64,000 nucleotides of DNA from contig CAWFXA010000001.1 in NCBI GenBank assembly GCA_963819655.1, positions 480,001 to 544,000 on the forward strand, in the 5' to 3' direction. This DNA is from an uncultured Chloroflexia bacterium (GTDB taxonomy: Bacteria; Chloroflexota; Limnocylindria; Limnocylindrales; CSP1-4). A program made the translations under genes and the position numbers. Under the pieces are notes generated by a model. That model ran no database searches. It was not told the DNA's origin and was given only the letters and a program-made list of their open reading frames with translations. Below, one piece after another: positions 1 to 10,809 of the stretch (the stretch's first letter is position 1; every line of letters begins with the position of its first letter).

Positions 1-2084
1 ATCAGCCCCGCGAGCGCCTCTCGATCGACGGCCGGGCGGCCGCGTGTCCCGTCCAGGAGCCGGGCGGCACGCAGCTCGTCGAGCATGGCATTCGCGAGCT
101 GCGGGGTGACAGGTGCGAGCCTGATCGCAACGTCATCGAGGACCTCGGCGAGCACGCCACCGAGACCGACCACGACGCACGGCCCGAACGACGGGTCACG
201 CCGGAGACCGACGATCAGCTCGAGCCCGAGGTCGGCCATCGGCTCGACGAGCAGGCCGCGTGCATCGACGTCGTGATCGCGGGCGGCCTGCAGCAGGTCG
301 TCGGCAGCCGCCCGGACGTCGTCGTCCCCGGCCAGGCCGAGGCGGACGAGCCCAAGGTCGGTCTTGTGCGGCAGGTCGACGGCGTCGATCTTCAGAACGA
401 CTGCGTGCCCGCCGAGCGGCCGGGCGGCTTCGACCGCTGCGTCCGCGTCGCGCACCGCGAGCGCCGGCGTCACGGACAGGCCGGCAGCCCGCAGGAGGTC
501 GAGGCTTTCGCGCTCCGGCAGGACGCGAGGTTCGGCGAACGACGGCGTGGGCGCCGGCTCGAGGCCGAACGCCGTGCGATCGCGCGCGAGATCCGGCCAA
601 CCCTCGCGCCAGGGGCCCGTGCTCGGGCGCGCTTCCCGGCGACGCTCCCAACGCGCGAGCGAGCCGATCGCCCGGAACGCCTCGCTTGCCCCGCGCAGGA
701 GCGGCGCCCCGCTCCCCTGTTCGTCGAGCAGTGCCTTCGTCTCCGGTGGCGGTTCGCCCGAGGTCAGTGACACGTACACGGGGAGCAGCCACGGTCGCTC
801 GCGGGTCGCGTCGAGCATCGCGCCCGTGACCTCGTTGGCGGTGGCGACCTCGGCCGGCAGCGAGCGATACGGGAAGTCGTGGACCAGCACGAGCACGTCG
901 TAGGCGTCGGATTCGGCCAGTGCCTCGAAGACGGCGCCGTAGGCGATCGCGGAGTCGGCGGCGCCCCACGGATCGAGCGGGTTGCCGATGAAACCCATCG
1001 TCGGGAGAGTCTCGAGGATCCGGTCGCGCGCCGCGTCCGGGATCGGCGGCAGGTCGAGTCCGGCCGCGGGCGCCAGGTCGGCGATGAGCGACGCCTCGCC
1101 GGTGCTGACCGTGACGACCCCGGCGCGGCCACGGCCGATCCCTCGTCCGGTGCGGCGCGTGCCCTCCACGAGCTCGGCGGTCTCGAGCAGCTCGTCGAGG
1201 TCGGCGCAGCGGATGACACCCGCGGCGTCGAGCGCGGCGTCGGTCACCCGTGCCTCGCCGGCCAGCGAGCCGGAATGGGCGATCGCTGCGGCCCGGGCAT
1301 GCTCGCTGCGCCCGACCTTGACCGCCATGATCGGCTTGCCGAGCTCGAGCGCCCGATCGGCGAGGGCCAGGAACCTTTCCGGCCGGCGGAACCCCTCGAG
1401 GAACAGGATGACCGAGGTGGTCGCGGGGTCGTCGAGGCAGTAGGCGAGGTAATCGCACACGTCGAGCACGACCTCCGAGCCGCAGCTGATGATGCGGCTG
1501 AACCCGACACGCGACCCCGACTGGACGAAGGCATCGGTGACCGACCCCGACTGGGCGATGCCGGCCACGCCGCCGCGTGGCAGATACGGCGACACGTCGC
1601 CGATGTAGGTGGCGGCGTTCACGGTCAGGTCGATGACGCCCATGCAGTTCGGCCCGACGAGGGCCATGCCGTGCCGGCGAGCGATGTCGGCCACCTCGGC
1701 CTGCATCGCGGCGGCGGCGGCGCCACCTTCCACGACGCCCCCGCCCGGGATGATGACGGCCGGGATCCCGGCGTCGGCCGCCGCCTGGGTGACGACCGCC
1801 GCCCGGAGCGGATTGAGCGCGACGAGGGCGATGTCGGGCCGCTCCGGGAGCGCCTCGAGCGATGGGTAACAGGGCTGACCGAGCAGCTCGTCGTATTTCG
1901 GGTTGACGAAGTGGCAGCGGGTGTCGCTGCCCATGAGCCGCAGGTTGTCGCGGACGGTCTCGGCGATCCAGCTCCGCGCCGACGCGCCGACGACAGCGAT
2001 CGACGTCGGAGCGAAGACAGGCCGCAGGTCGATCGTCCGGGACGCGGGTGCGGGCTCCATCGCCGCGGCGACGCGATCGATCAT
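1..2084 (-). CDS. acetate--CoA ligase family (NDP-forming acyl-CoA synthetase); 3' end runs off the window
   Basis: Hand translation from ATG 2084 (ATGA overlap with the upstream stop): MIDRV...DLRPVFAPTSIAVVGAS...GPNCMG...QSGSV...NPLD. It is absent from the ORF track because there is no stop in the window. Confidence 0.85.
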   Translation of the reverse strand, partial: MIDRVAAAMEPAPASRTIDLRPVFAPTSIAVVGASARSWIAETVRDNLRLMGSDTRCHFVNPKYDELLGQPCYPSLEALPERPDIALVALNPLRAAVVTQAAADAGIPAVIIPGGGVVEGGAAAAAMQAEVADIARRHGMALVGPNCMGVIDLTVNAATYIGDVSPYLPRGGVAGIAQSGSVTDAFVQSGSRVGFSRIISCGSEVVLDVCDYLAYCLDDPATTSVILFLEGFRRPERFLALADRALELGKPIMAVKVGRSEHARAAAIAHSGSLAGEARVTDAALDAAGVIRCADLDELLETAELVEGTRRTGRGIGRGRAGVVTVSTGEASLIADLAPAAGLDLPPIPDAARDRILETLPTMGFIGNPLDPWGAADSAIAYGAVFEALAESDAYDVLVLVHDFPYRSLPAEVATANEVTGAMLDATRERPWLLPVYVSLTSGEPPPETKALLDEQGSGAPLLRGASEAFRAIGSLARWERRREARPSTGPWREGWPDLARDRTAFGLEPAPTPSFAEPRVLPERESLDLLRAAGLSVTPALAVRDADAAVEAARPLGGHAVVLKIDAVDLPHKTDLGLVRLGLAGDDDVRAAADDLLQAARDHDVDARGLLVEPMADLGLELIVGLRRDPSFGPCVVVGLGGVLAEVLDDVAIRLAPVTPQLANAMLDELRAARLLDGTRGRPAVDREALAGL

Positions 2085-3259
2085 CCGACGACGCGGTCGA
2101 CGCCGCGCTTCTCGAGGGCTCTCGCGATGATCAGGCGCTGGATCTCCGACGTGCCCTCCCAGATCCGGTCGACGCGGAGCTCGCGGAAGAACCGTTCCGC
2201 CGCGGTCTCGCGCATGTAGCCGCGGCCACCGAACACCTGGACGACACGATCCGCGCACCGGAAGGCCGCCTCCGACGCGAACAGCTTGGCCAGCGACGCC
2301 TTGGCGTGGACGACCTTCGGGTCGGCACCGGCGTCGGCGAGCACGGCAGCCTCGCGAGTCAGCAGGCGCGCGGCGGACGCGTCGGCGGCGGAGTCGGCCA
2401 GCGGGAACGACACGCCCTGGAAGTCGAAGATGCGCTGCCCGAACTGGACGCGCTCGGTCGCCCACTCGACCGCGTCAGTGAGGAGCCGCTCCATGGCGCC
2501 GGTGCAGCGCGCCCCGATGTGGATCCGCTCCTCGACGAACCACTCGTTGGTGAGCTCGTCGGCCTTGCCGACGCCGCCGAGGATCGCGGACGCTGGGACG
2601 CGGACGTCCTCGAGCACGAACTGCGGATGCCGATCGGCGAACGTGTGCATGTAGTCGGGGTCGTGCTTGAGGGTCACACCGGGCGTGTCGTAGTCGACGA
2701 GGAACAGCGTCGGCTTGCGCGCGTCCCCGTCGACGACGTGGCAGTGGAAGATCATGAAGTCGGTCTCGTCGGGCGGGCCGGTGACGAACCACTTCTCGCC
2801 GTTCAGGACGTACTCCCCGGTGGCCGCGTCACGGACGGCGGTCGCCGACAGGGCCCGGGCGTCGGAGCCGGCTTCGGGCTCCGTGACGGCGTAGGCGCCG
2901 AAGCGTTCGCCGCGGAGGCTCGGGTCGAGGTAGCGCCGCCGCTGCTCGTCGTCGCAGTGCAGCAGGGCGTTGTAGGCGCCCGGGATGAACGACCACAACC
3001 CGCCGGTCGACTGGCCGAGCTGCTCGTGCACCAGGACCTGCTCGAGCATCGACCAGCCCTGGCCGCCTACTTCCTTTGGTAGCGAACCGCCGACGAGGCC
3101 CGCTTCGATCGATGCGTCACGGATCCGAGCGCGCTGCTCTGGCGGGAGGCGGCCGCCGGCGCGCTCGAACTCGACCTCGACCGGCTGGAGCTCGTCGCGC
3201 GTGAAACGGCGCGCGCGCTCCTGGAGCTCGAGCTGGGCCGGGCTGAGCGTCAGGTCCAC
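2081..3259 (-). CDS. acyl-CoA dehydrogenase
   Basis: Motifs AVTEPEAGSD, LNGEKWFVT, RVQFGQRI, QVFGGRGY and IWEGTSEIQR. Likely GTG start at 3259. Confidence 0.93.
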   Translation of the reverse strand: MDLTLSPAQLELQERARRFTRDELQPVEVEFERAGGRLPPEQRARIRDASIEAGLVGGSLPKEVGGQGWSMLEQVLVHEQLGQSTGGLWSFIPGAYNALLHCDDEQRRRYLDPSLRGERFGAYAVTEPEAGSDARALSATAVRDAATGEYVLNGEKWFVTGPPDETDFMIFHCHVVDGDARKPTLFLVDYDTPGVTLKHDPDYMHTFADRHPQFVLEDVRVPASAILGGVGKADELTNEWFVEERIHIGARCTGAMERLLTDAVEWATERVQFGQRIFDFQGVSFPLADSAADASAARLLTREAAVLADAGADPKVVHAKASLAKLFASEAAFRCADRVVQVFGGRGYMRETAAERFFRELRVDRIWEGTSEIQRLIIARALEKRGVDRVVG

Positions 3260-3599
3260 CCGCCAAGGATGGCGCACGGGATGGGCCGCCTCCGTGCCGC
3301 GTCGCAGGGCGCGGGACGGCGGACAAGGAAGAGGGCCGGTCGCGTGAAGGGCATCGCGCGCTGGAGCCTGTGACCGGGCGCGCCCCCCGGCGCTGCGACC
3401 TGGTCCCAGAGAGTGGTGTACCAGCGCACCAGTCCTGCGTCAAGACCAGGACCTTCATCATCCTGTTAAGCGTGCGTGGGCTGTCTAAGGATTGACACTC
3501 GGACGCGGCGACAGCCCCAGTCCGGTATCGTCGGCCGCGGCCCGGGGGAACGGTCTGCGATCGGACCGGCGGGCGTCATCGCGGCACACCGGAGGGAGC

Positions 3600-5192
3600 G
3601 TGTCCTCGAGCACGGACGAGAGCCAGGGGATCGAACCCGCCCTGGACCCCGACATCGACGCGACGGACGCGGGCCGTTCCGCGAACATCAAACAGATACG
3701 CGGATCCAGCCTGCTTCTCGTGGGCCGGATGATCGGCCTCGGCCTCGACTTCGTGGCCCAGGTCCTGATCGTCCGCTATCTCGACAAGACCGAGTACGGC
3801 GCCTTCGCTCTCGCGCTGTCGATCGTCGCCCTCGGGACGACCGTGTGCCTCCTCGGTCTGGAGCGCACGGTCGGTCGCTTCGCCCCGATCTACCAGGAAC
3901 GTGGCGACCTCCCGCGGATGTGGGGGACGATCGTGGTCGTCGTCAGCACCGTCGCGACGATCGGCCTCGCCCTGATCCTTGCCGCGTGGGCCTTCCAGGG
4001 CCTGATCGGGGGCGTCGTCCAGAACGAGCTCGCGCTCTCGATCCTCCTGATCATGATCGTCCTGGCGCCGCTCACGGCCCTCGACAGCCTGTTGATCGCG
4101 TTGTTCGCGACGTTCGGGTCGGCGCGATCGATCTTCTTCCGACGCTACGTATTCGCGCCCGTCCTCCAGCTCAGCGTCGTCGTCGTGCTGATCGCCAGCA
4201 ACAGCGATGTCCGGCTCCTCGCCTTCGGCTACGTCCTCGCCGCCGCGGCAGGCATCGCGATCTACTCATTCGTGCTGCTTCGGCTGCTCCAACGGCAGGG
4301 TCTGCTCGCCCACCTGCGCCGCGACACGTTGCGGCTGCCGGCACGCGAGATCTTCACGTTCAGCATCCCGCTCCTCGCGTCCGACCTCGTGTTCGTGCTG
4401 CGCAGCTCGCTCACGATCATCTTCCTGGAGGTCCTGCGCAGCACCGAAGAGGTCGCGGACTTTCGCGCGGTCCTGCCGATCGCCATCCAGAACATGTTCG
4501 TGGCCACCAGCTTCCGATTCATCTTCACGCCGGGTGCCTCGCGCCTCTGGGCCCGCGACGACCGGACGGCCTTGAACGACCTGTACTGGCAGACCGCCGT
4601 GTGGATCGCGATCCTGAGCTTCCCTGTCTTCGCGTTGAGCCTTGCGTTCGCCACGCCGATCGCGGTCCTGCTGTTCGGCGAGCCGTACCGCAGCTCCGGC
4701 ACGATCCTGAGCATCCTATGCATCGGCTACTACGTGAATGCAGCAGTCGGGTTCAACTCCCTGCTCCTACGCGTCTTCGGCCGGGTCCGCTACATGGTCA
4801 CCGCAGACCTCGCCACGGCGGCGATCAGCATCGTGGCCACGATCCTCCTGATCCGTGAGTACGGCGCCGTCGGTGCGGCCATCGGGACGACCGGCTCGTT
4901 CCTGCTCCAGAACGCGCTGTACCAGTGGGGCCTGCGGACCCGCACCACGGTCGCTGCGATCGATACCCGGTATATCCGGGCGTACGCATCGATCGCCGTC
5001 GGGGCGGTCGCGGCCTTGCTCGTCGCCAGCGTCGTCGACCCGCCGCTCATCGTCGGCGTCGTCGTGGTGGGCCTCATCTCGCTGGCCATCCTCGGGCTCA
5101 ATCGGCACTCACTGCGCATCGTCGAGACGTATCCGGAGCTCGCCCGCTTCCCGTTGGTGCGCCGGTTCTTCGGCGACCCCGGAACGCCATGA
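3600..5192 (+). CDS. Wzx-like oligosaccharide flippase (MOP/PST family)
   Basis: Many TM helices, VRYLDKTEYGAF, C-terminal LLIREYGAVGAAIGT. GGAGG RBS precedes GTG 3600. Confidence 0.85.
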   Translation: MSSSTDESQGIEPALDPDIDATDAGRSANIKQIRGSSLLLVGRMIGLGLDFVAQVLIVRYLDKTEYGAFALALSIVALGTTVCLLGLERTVGRFAPIYQERGDLPRMWGTIVVVVSTVATIGLALILAAWAFQGLIGGVVQNELALSILLIMIVLAPLTALDSLLIALFATFGSARSIFFRRYVFAPVLQLSVVVVLIASNSDVRLLAFGYVLAAAAGIAIYSFVLLRLLQRQGLLAHLRRDTLRLPAREIFTFSIPLLASDLVFVLRSSLTIIFLEVLRSTEEVADFRAVLPIAIQNMFVATSFRFIFTPGASRLWARDDRTALNDLYWQTAVWIAILSFPVFALSLAFATPIAVLLFGEPYRSSGTILSILCIGYYVNAAVGFNSLLLRVFGRVRYMVTADLATAAISIVATILLIREYGAVGAAIGTTGSFLLQNALYQWGLRTRTTVAAIDTRYIRAYASIAVGAVAALLVASVVDPPLIVGVVVVGLISLAILGLNRHSLRIVETYPELARFPLVRRFFGDPGTP

Positions 5193-6463
5193 CCGGAGAG
5201 GGGCCGCTTCGGTCGCGCCTGCCGCCGGTGTTCGAGTCGCTGGCCTCCCTGTACGGGCCTGCGGATCCCGGGTTCCAGACACTCATCGTGGATGCCGGCG
5301 ATCGGTGGGCGCTGCCGCAATCCCCTCCGGGCGAGGTCGACGTCCTGTTGTGGGGCCGGCTTGGCCGAAACGTGCGCCCCTCCATGAACGCGATCCCGTT
5401 CGCAGCCAGGCGGGAGCTCGCGATCCTGCGCGTGCGCGCCGGCCCGCCAAGCGGCCTGCGACTCGCCGAGCTTCATCGCCTGCCACCGGTCCCGCGTCCG
5501 GGGCGCATCCGGCAGGTCATCCGTGCGGCGGCCCTCGGCGGGGTCCTCGTGGAGCTCGTCCGCGGCGACCGCCCGCAACGCGTGATCGACGCGGTGGCGC
5601 TGGCGGCGGGAGCGCCGTCGATCGGCCGCGGCCTGCGTCCAAGCGGGGACGGCTCGGCAGTCGGACGGCTCGTCCTCAAGAACGGTGCGCTCGCGGCGCT
5701 GCGCGTCTGCAGCGTCCGACATACCAAGGATCCGGCCCGTGGTCGGGAGGCACTCCTCACCCTTGCCGCGGCGGACGTCCCGTTGGTCCCAAAACCGATC
5801 CGTGGTGGCACGACGGCCGGCGCGGCCTGGGCGACCGAGTCGGTCCTGACCGGGAAGCATGTCCAGCAGCTCACGCCCGACCTCCTCGACCAGATCACCC
5901 GATTCCTGGCGGCTCTGCCGGTCGGGCCTTCAGGGCAGCGCGCGGTCGACGACCAGCTGGCCGAGGTCGCTGACGTGTTCCCGGAGCACGCGGCGGCCTT
6001 GCGGTCCGTCGCCTCGGCCGGTGCGCGCTGGGGAACGTCGCTGCCGTCGGTGCTCATCCACGGCGACATGTGGCTCAACAACGTGTTCGTCGCGGACGGT
6101 CGGCTGAGCGGCGTGTTCGACTGGGATACCTGGCATCCTGCCGGCCTGCCGGGCACCGACCTGCTGAGCCTGCTGGCTGCCGAGACCCGCACGCAGCAGG
6201 GCCGGGACATCGGCCTCCTCTTCGTCGACGACTACTGGCGCTCGGCCGAGGTCCTCGATGCGCTTCGCCCGTATTTCGCGGCGCGCGGCCTGCCGTTCCC
6301 GGACACGGTCGGGCTCGCCGCCATCGCGATCGGCTGGTGGGCGAGTCGCATGGCGGGATCGCTCCACAGGGCGCGCCGCGTCGTGGACGATCCGGATTGG
6401 ACGCGATCCAACATCACAGACGTGCTCGCGAAGGTCGACCAGCTCGAGCAGGAGCTGGGTTAG
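5189..6463 (+). CDS. APH/choline-kinase-like phosphotransferase
   Basis: Brenner motif HGDMWLNN plus VFDWD. ATGA overlap with the flippase stop. Confidence 0.75.
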   Translation: MTGEGPLRSRLPPVFESLASLYGPADPGFQTLIVDAGDRWALPQSPPGEVDVLLWGRLGRNVRPSMNAIPFAARRELAILRVRAGPPSGLRLAELHRLPPVPRPGRIRQVIRAAALGGVLVELVRGDRPQRVIDAVALAAGAPSIGRGLRPSGDGSAVGRLVLKNGALAALRVCSVRHTKDPARGREALLTLAAADVPLVPKPIRGGTTAGAAWATESVLTGKHVQQLTPDLLDQITRFLAALPVGPSGQRAVDDQLAEVADVFPEHAAALRSVASAGARWGTSLPSVLIHGDMWLNNVFVADGRLSGVFDWDTWHPAGLPGTDLLSLLAAETRTQQGRDIGLLFVDDYWRSAEVLDALRPYFAARGLPFPDTVGLAAIAIGWWASRMAGSLHRARRVVDDPDWTRSNITDVLAKVDQLEQELG

Positions 6464-6470
6464 GCCGGGA

Positions 6471-7916
6471 TCAGGACGGCTGGGCGAGCACCATGATCCG
6501 GATCTCGGTCATGTCCTCGATGGCCCAGCGGATGCCTTCGCGACCTTGCCCGGAGTCCTTGACGCCGCCGTAGGGCATGTGGTCGATGCGATAGGTCGGG
6601 ATGTCGTTGATGATCACGCCACCGACCTCGAGCTCATTGAAGGCCTGCCAGGCGCCGGCCAGGTCGTTTGTGAAGACCCCGGTCTGCAGGCCGAACATCG
6701 AATCGTTGACGCGCGCGATGGCGTCGGCCATATCGGTGAACGGGAACGCCACGACGAGCGGGGCGAATGCCTCGTTGCTACAGACCTGGGCGGCGACCGG
6801 GACCTCGGTCAGCACGGTCGGCGGGAAGAAATTGCCATCGGCCTTGCCGCCGGCCAGGACCTTGCCGCCCAAGGCAACGGCCTCGTCGACCCAGCGCTGC
6901 GTGCGGCTGGCCTGGTGCTCATCGACCATCGGGCCGACGTCGGTCGTCGGGTCGAGCGGGTCACCGACCTTGAGGTTCGCGACGCCAGCCAGGAACTTCT
7001 CCATGAATGCATCCCAGACCGCCTCCTGCACGAACATGCGCTGCACGCTGATGCACACCTGGCCGGCATACGCGTACGCGCCGACGAGGATCCGCTTGAC
7101 CGCCCAGTCGAGGTTCGAGGTCTGGTCGACGATGACGCCGGCGTTGCCGCCGAGCTCGAGGACCACCTTCTTCTTGCCGGCGCGCTCCTTCATCCGCCAG
7201 CCGACCGACGGCGAGCCGGTGAAGCTCAGCAGCTTGAACCGCTCGTCCTCGACCATCCGGTCACCGAGCTCACGGGTCATCGGCAGGATGCTGACGGCGC
7301 CCTGGGGCACGCCCGCGGCCTCGACGATCTCGGCGACCGTCAGCATCGTCAGCGGGTCTTTGGAGGGCGGCTTCAGGACGATCGTGTTGCCACTGGCGAT
7401 TGCGGGCGACAGCTTGTGCGCCGCCAGGTTGAGCGGGAAGTTGAACGGCGAGATGCCGGCGATCGGGCCGATCGGGAAGCGCCTCGTGATCCCGACGCGA
7501 TCCTTGGAGGCTGGCATCAGGTCGAGCGGGATGAGCTCGCCCGTCATCCGCTCCGCCTCCTCGGCGCCGAGGCGGAACGTCAACGTCGCGCGGTCGACCT
7601 CGACGAGTGCGTCGCGGATCGGCTTGCCGGCCTCCAGCGCGATGAGCCGGCCAAGCTCTTCACGGCGCGCCTTGAGCCCCGCCGAGATCTCGCGCAGGAT
7701 CCGGCCGCGTTCGTACGCCGGGAGCTTGCGGGTCACCTCGAAGGCGTCGACCGCCGCGGATACCGCCTCGTCGTACTGCTCCGGGGTCGCGTTGTAGGTC
7801 GCGCCGGCCGGATGGGCGGGATCCGCCGGGTTCGCGACCTGGAGGAGGTCGGGTGATTCGACCCAGCGCCCGGCGAGGAAGATCGGATGCGGTTTCGTGC
7901 CGGTGGCGACGGTCAT
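6471..7916 (-). CDS. aldehyde dehydrogenase family protein
   Basis: ISPFNFP, FTGS, LELGGN, catalytic GQVC, EAFAP, PYGGVKDSG. AGGAG RBS. Confidence 0.93.
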   Translation of the reverse strand: MTVATGTKPHPIFLAGRWVESPDLLQVANPADPAHPAGATYNATPEQYDEAVSAAVDAFEVTRKLPAYERGRILREISAGLKARREELGRLIALEAGKPIRDALVEVDRATLTFRLGAEEAERMTGELIPLDLMPASKDRVGITRRFPIGPIAGISPFNFPLNLAAHKLSPAIASGNTIVLKPPSKDPLTMLTVAEIVEAAGVPQGAVSILPMTRELGDRMVEDERFKLLSFTGSPSVGWRMKERAGKKKVVLELGGNAGVIVDQTSNLDWAVKRILVGAYAYAGQVCISVQRMFVQEAVWDAFMEKFLAGVANLKVGDPLDPTTDVGPMVDEHQASRTQRWVDEAVALGGKVLAGGKADGNFFPPTVLTEVPVAAQVCSNEAFAPLVVAFPFTDMADAIARVNDSMFGLQTGVFTNDLAGAWQAFNELEVGGVIINDIPTYRIDHMPYGGVKDSGQGREGIRWAIEDMTEIRIMVLAQPS

Positions 7917-8001
7917 GGCTGCGCTCCTGCGCTGGGCGATACGGTACGGTCGCATCATACGTCCGGACCCCCGATCGACCCGTGCCTGGAGGGACGCGCC
8001 C

Positions 8002-8824
8002 ATGGCTCCTCGCCCCGACCTTCGCGCCGAGCTGCGCGTGAGACCCGGCACCCGCGTCCGACTGGCCCGCCGGGATCACGCGGCGACCCACGGATGGGAC
8101 AAGCCGGCCGCCGAGGCCGAGCTGGCCCGGCAGAACGTCCGGCTCGCGAGCCTCCAGGACCGCTTCTGGGCGGAGGCGAAGCGGTCGGTGCTGGTGGTGC
8201 TGCAGGGGATCGACGCGGCCGGCAAGGACGGCACGATCAACAAGGTCATGGAGGCGTTCAACCCTCAGGGCTGCCCGGTCACGGCATTCAAGGTGCCGAG
8301 CACCGAGGAGCTCGCCCACGACTACCTGTGGCGAGTCCACAAGGCCGTGCCCCGCAAGGGCGAGATCGGCATCTTCAATCGCTCGCACTACGAGGATGTC
8401 CTCGTCGTCCGCGTCCACGACCTCGTGCCGAAGACGGTCTGGGGCGCAACGCTACGACCAGATCAACGCGTTCGAGCGGCATCTGACGGCGAATGGCACG
8501 ACCATCGTGAAGTTCTTCCTGTCGATCGACCGCGACGAGCAGCGCGAGCGTTTCCAGGCTCGCTACGACGATCCAACGAAGCGCTGGAAGTTCTCGATGG
8601 GCGACATCGAGGAGCGCGCCCGCTGGGACGATTACCAGGCGGCCTTCGATGACGCGCTGTCGAAGTGCTCGACCGTCGATGCGCCGTGGTACGTCATCCC
8701 GGCGAACCGCAAGTGGTTCCGCAATCTGGCTGTCGCGACGATCCTCGCCGACACGATCGCCGGACTGAACCCACGCTATCCGGCGGTCGCCCCCGACGTC
8801 CCCGAGGACTTGGTCATCGCCTGA
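8002..8824 (+). CDS. ppk2: polyphosphate kinase 2 family, one frameshift near 8441
   Basis: GIDAAGKDG and IFNRSHYEDV lie in one frame; KFFLSI...KRWKFS...APWYVIPANRKW lie in the next. There is an extra G in TGGGGCGCAA. Confidence 0.85.
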
Positions 8825-8849
8825 CCACAGCGCTCAGAGCAAGGCGCGC

Positions 8850-9542
8850 CTACGACTCGCCGCGAGTCAGCCCATTGCGGATGGCATAGCGCGTGAGGGC
8901 GTTCATGCCTCGGATCCCGAGCTTCGCCGACACATTGGCCAGGTGGCGTCGCACGGTGTGGACGCTGATATCGAGCGACCGGGCGATCTGGGCCGGGGAC
9001 TGACCGGACGCGAGCATGCTCAGGACCTCGCGCTCGCGCTCGCTGATCGAGCCGGCCTCCTGCCAGCGGAGGGAGTCCTCGACGACGGCGTTCGTCACGC
9101 TGCTGTGGAGGTACCGCTCTCCGCGGGCGACGGCGCGGATCGCCTCCACGAGCTCCCGGGACTGTGCCCCCTTGATCATGAAACCCGCTGCCCCGGCGGC
9201 CAGCGCCTGGCGGACGGTCTCGGGGTCGCTGTGCATCGTCAACACCACGATCCGCAGGTCCGGCTGCCGCGCGCGCAGATCTCGGAGGAGCGGCATGGCG
9301 TCCCCCTCGGGGAACGTCAGGTCGAGGACCAGCACGTGCGGACGCTGGTTCACGACCAGGTCGATGGCGGAGGCGTGGTCGGCGGCCTCACCGACGATGT
9401 CGAAGCCGTCCTCGGCCTGCAGGACGCGACGCACGCCTTCACGGATCAGCTGGTGGTCATCGACGAGGGCGACCCGGATCGTCCCGGGCAGCGACACCCG
9501 GGCCGACGCAGATGCGGCGAGTTCGGGCCCTTGTGCCATCAC
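8850..9542 (-). CDS. NarL/LuxR-family response regulator
   Basis: LVDDH, VLDL, LTMH receiver domain plus a C-terminal SEREREVL...ISVHTVRRH HTH. Confidence 0.92.
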   Translation of the reverse strand: MMAQGPELAASASARVSLPGTIRVALVDDHQLIREGVRRVLQAEDGFDIVGEAADHASAIDLVVNQRPHVLVLDLTFPEGDAMPLLRDLRARQPDLRIVVLTMHSDPETVRQALAAGAAGFMIKGAQSRELVEAIRAVARGERYLHSSVTNAVVEDSLRWQEAGSISEREREVLSMLASGQSPAQIARSLDISVHTVRRHLANVSAKLGIRGMNALTRYAIRNGLTRGES

Positions 9543-10630
9543 CGGCCGATGCGGACCACTGGGCCGATCTGCAGGTCAGGGCGCGTCACCGGCGGCTTCG
9601 TGATCGGCACGATGATCTCGACGCGCGTGCCGGCGCCCGGCCGCGATCGCACCTCGACGGTGAGGCCATGGATGCTCGCGCGGTCATTCATGCCGTCGAG
9701 GCCGAGGCCGCGCTCGCGCGCTTTCGCATCGAAGCCGATGCCGTCATCCCCCACCACCAGCCGGACCGTGTCGTCGACGATGTGACCTCCGATCCAGATG
9801 TGACGCGCATGGCTATGGCGTGCCGCGTTCCCGATCGCCTCCTGGACGATCCGGTAGAGGTCGATCTCCATCTCGGGCTCGAGATAGCCGGGCGGCAGAA
9901 GCGCGGGATCGAAGCGCAGCTCGACCGGAACGCCGGCCGTCCGCGCCAGGTTGTTGAGTGCCGCGCCGAGCCCGATCTCATGCACGCGCGTGGGACGCAG
10001 CTTGGCCGCGACCTGGCGGGTCTCCGCCAAGGCTGACGACGCGAGCTCGCGGGCGCGCAGGACGCCGGCGCGGCCGGTCGAGCCGGCCTGGGGGTTCGGC
10101 GCGTCGAGCTCGTTATCGGCCGCATCGAGCGTGAGGATGACCGCGGTCAGCGTCTGGCCGACACCGTCATGGAGCTCGCGCGCGAGGCTCGCGCGCTCCT
10201 CTTCATGCGCGGTGACCAATCGCTCGCTCGCTTGGCGATACAGCGTCGCGTAGTGGCGGGCGGAGGTCGAGACCCGGTCGGCGAGGACGGCGACGATCAC
10301 GGCGATCGACACCATCAGCGGCCACTCGGTGAACTCGAGCTGCTCCTCCGTCGGCGGGACACCGACCGCGTCCGAGATCGCGAGGTAACCGACCATCACG
10401 ATGGTCGCCACGAGGATCCGCCAGAGCGCAGCAGCCAGGCCGTACAGGAACGCGCCGATCGCGACGGTGAGCCACAGGCCCTGGAGAAGGATCTCCGGAT
10501 CGGCCAGGCGGAGGAACAGGGCGACAGCGAACACGCCGCACGCGAGGTCGACCAGGCGTCGCAGAAGGACCGGGTCGAGATTCGCGAGACGCGATGAACG
10601 ATGGTCCCGCAACGGACCGCCAATGGTCAT
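9539..10630 (-). CDS. membrane sensor histidine kinase (HisKA_3 type)
   Basis: N-terminal TMs, ARELHDGVGQ, YRIVQEAIGNAARH, DDGIGF, GLGL. Confidence 0.92.
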   Translation of the reverse strand: MTIGGPLRDHRSSRLANLDPVLLRRLVDLACGVFAVALFLRLADPEILLQGLWLTVAIGAFLYGLAAALWRILVATIVMVGYLAISDAVGVPPTEEQLEFTEWPLMVSIAVIVAVLADRVSTSARHYATLYRQASERLVTAHEEERASLARELHDGVGQTLTAVILTLDAADNELDAPNPQAGSTGRAGVLRARELASSALAETRQVAAKLRPTRVHEIGLGAALNNLARTAGVPVELRFDPALLPPGYLEPEMEIDLYRIVQEAIGNAARHSHARHIWIGGHIVDDTVRLVVGDDGIGFDAKARERGLGLDGMNDRASIHGLTVEVRSRPGAGTRVEIIVPITKPPVTRPDLQIGPVVRIGR

Positions 10631-10809
10631 CCGTGAGCCCCCATTTGATGGATGTTGAGTATAGGCAGGGGTAGTCGGGGGAACAATGATGTGCGGGCCG
10701 AATCGGGGGATTCGGTCGGGATCGTGGTGGGTCCTGTCAACACCCGACGTCGCTGAGGGGTGGCGTTGATGGTTCCGAGTTCGATCGGACTTCGGTGGGG
10801 GATGACACG

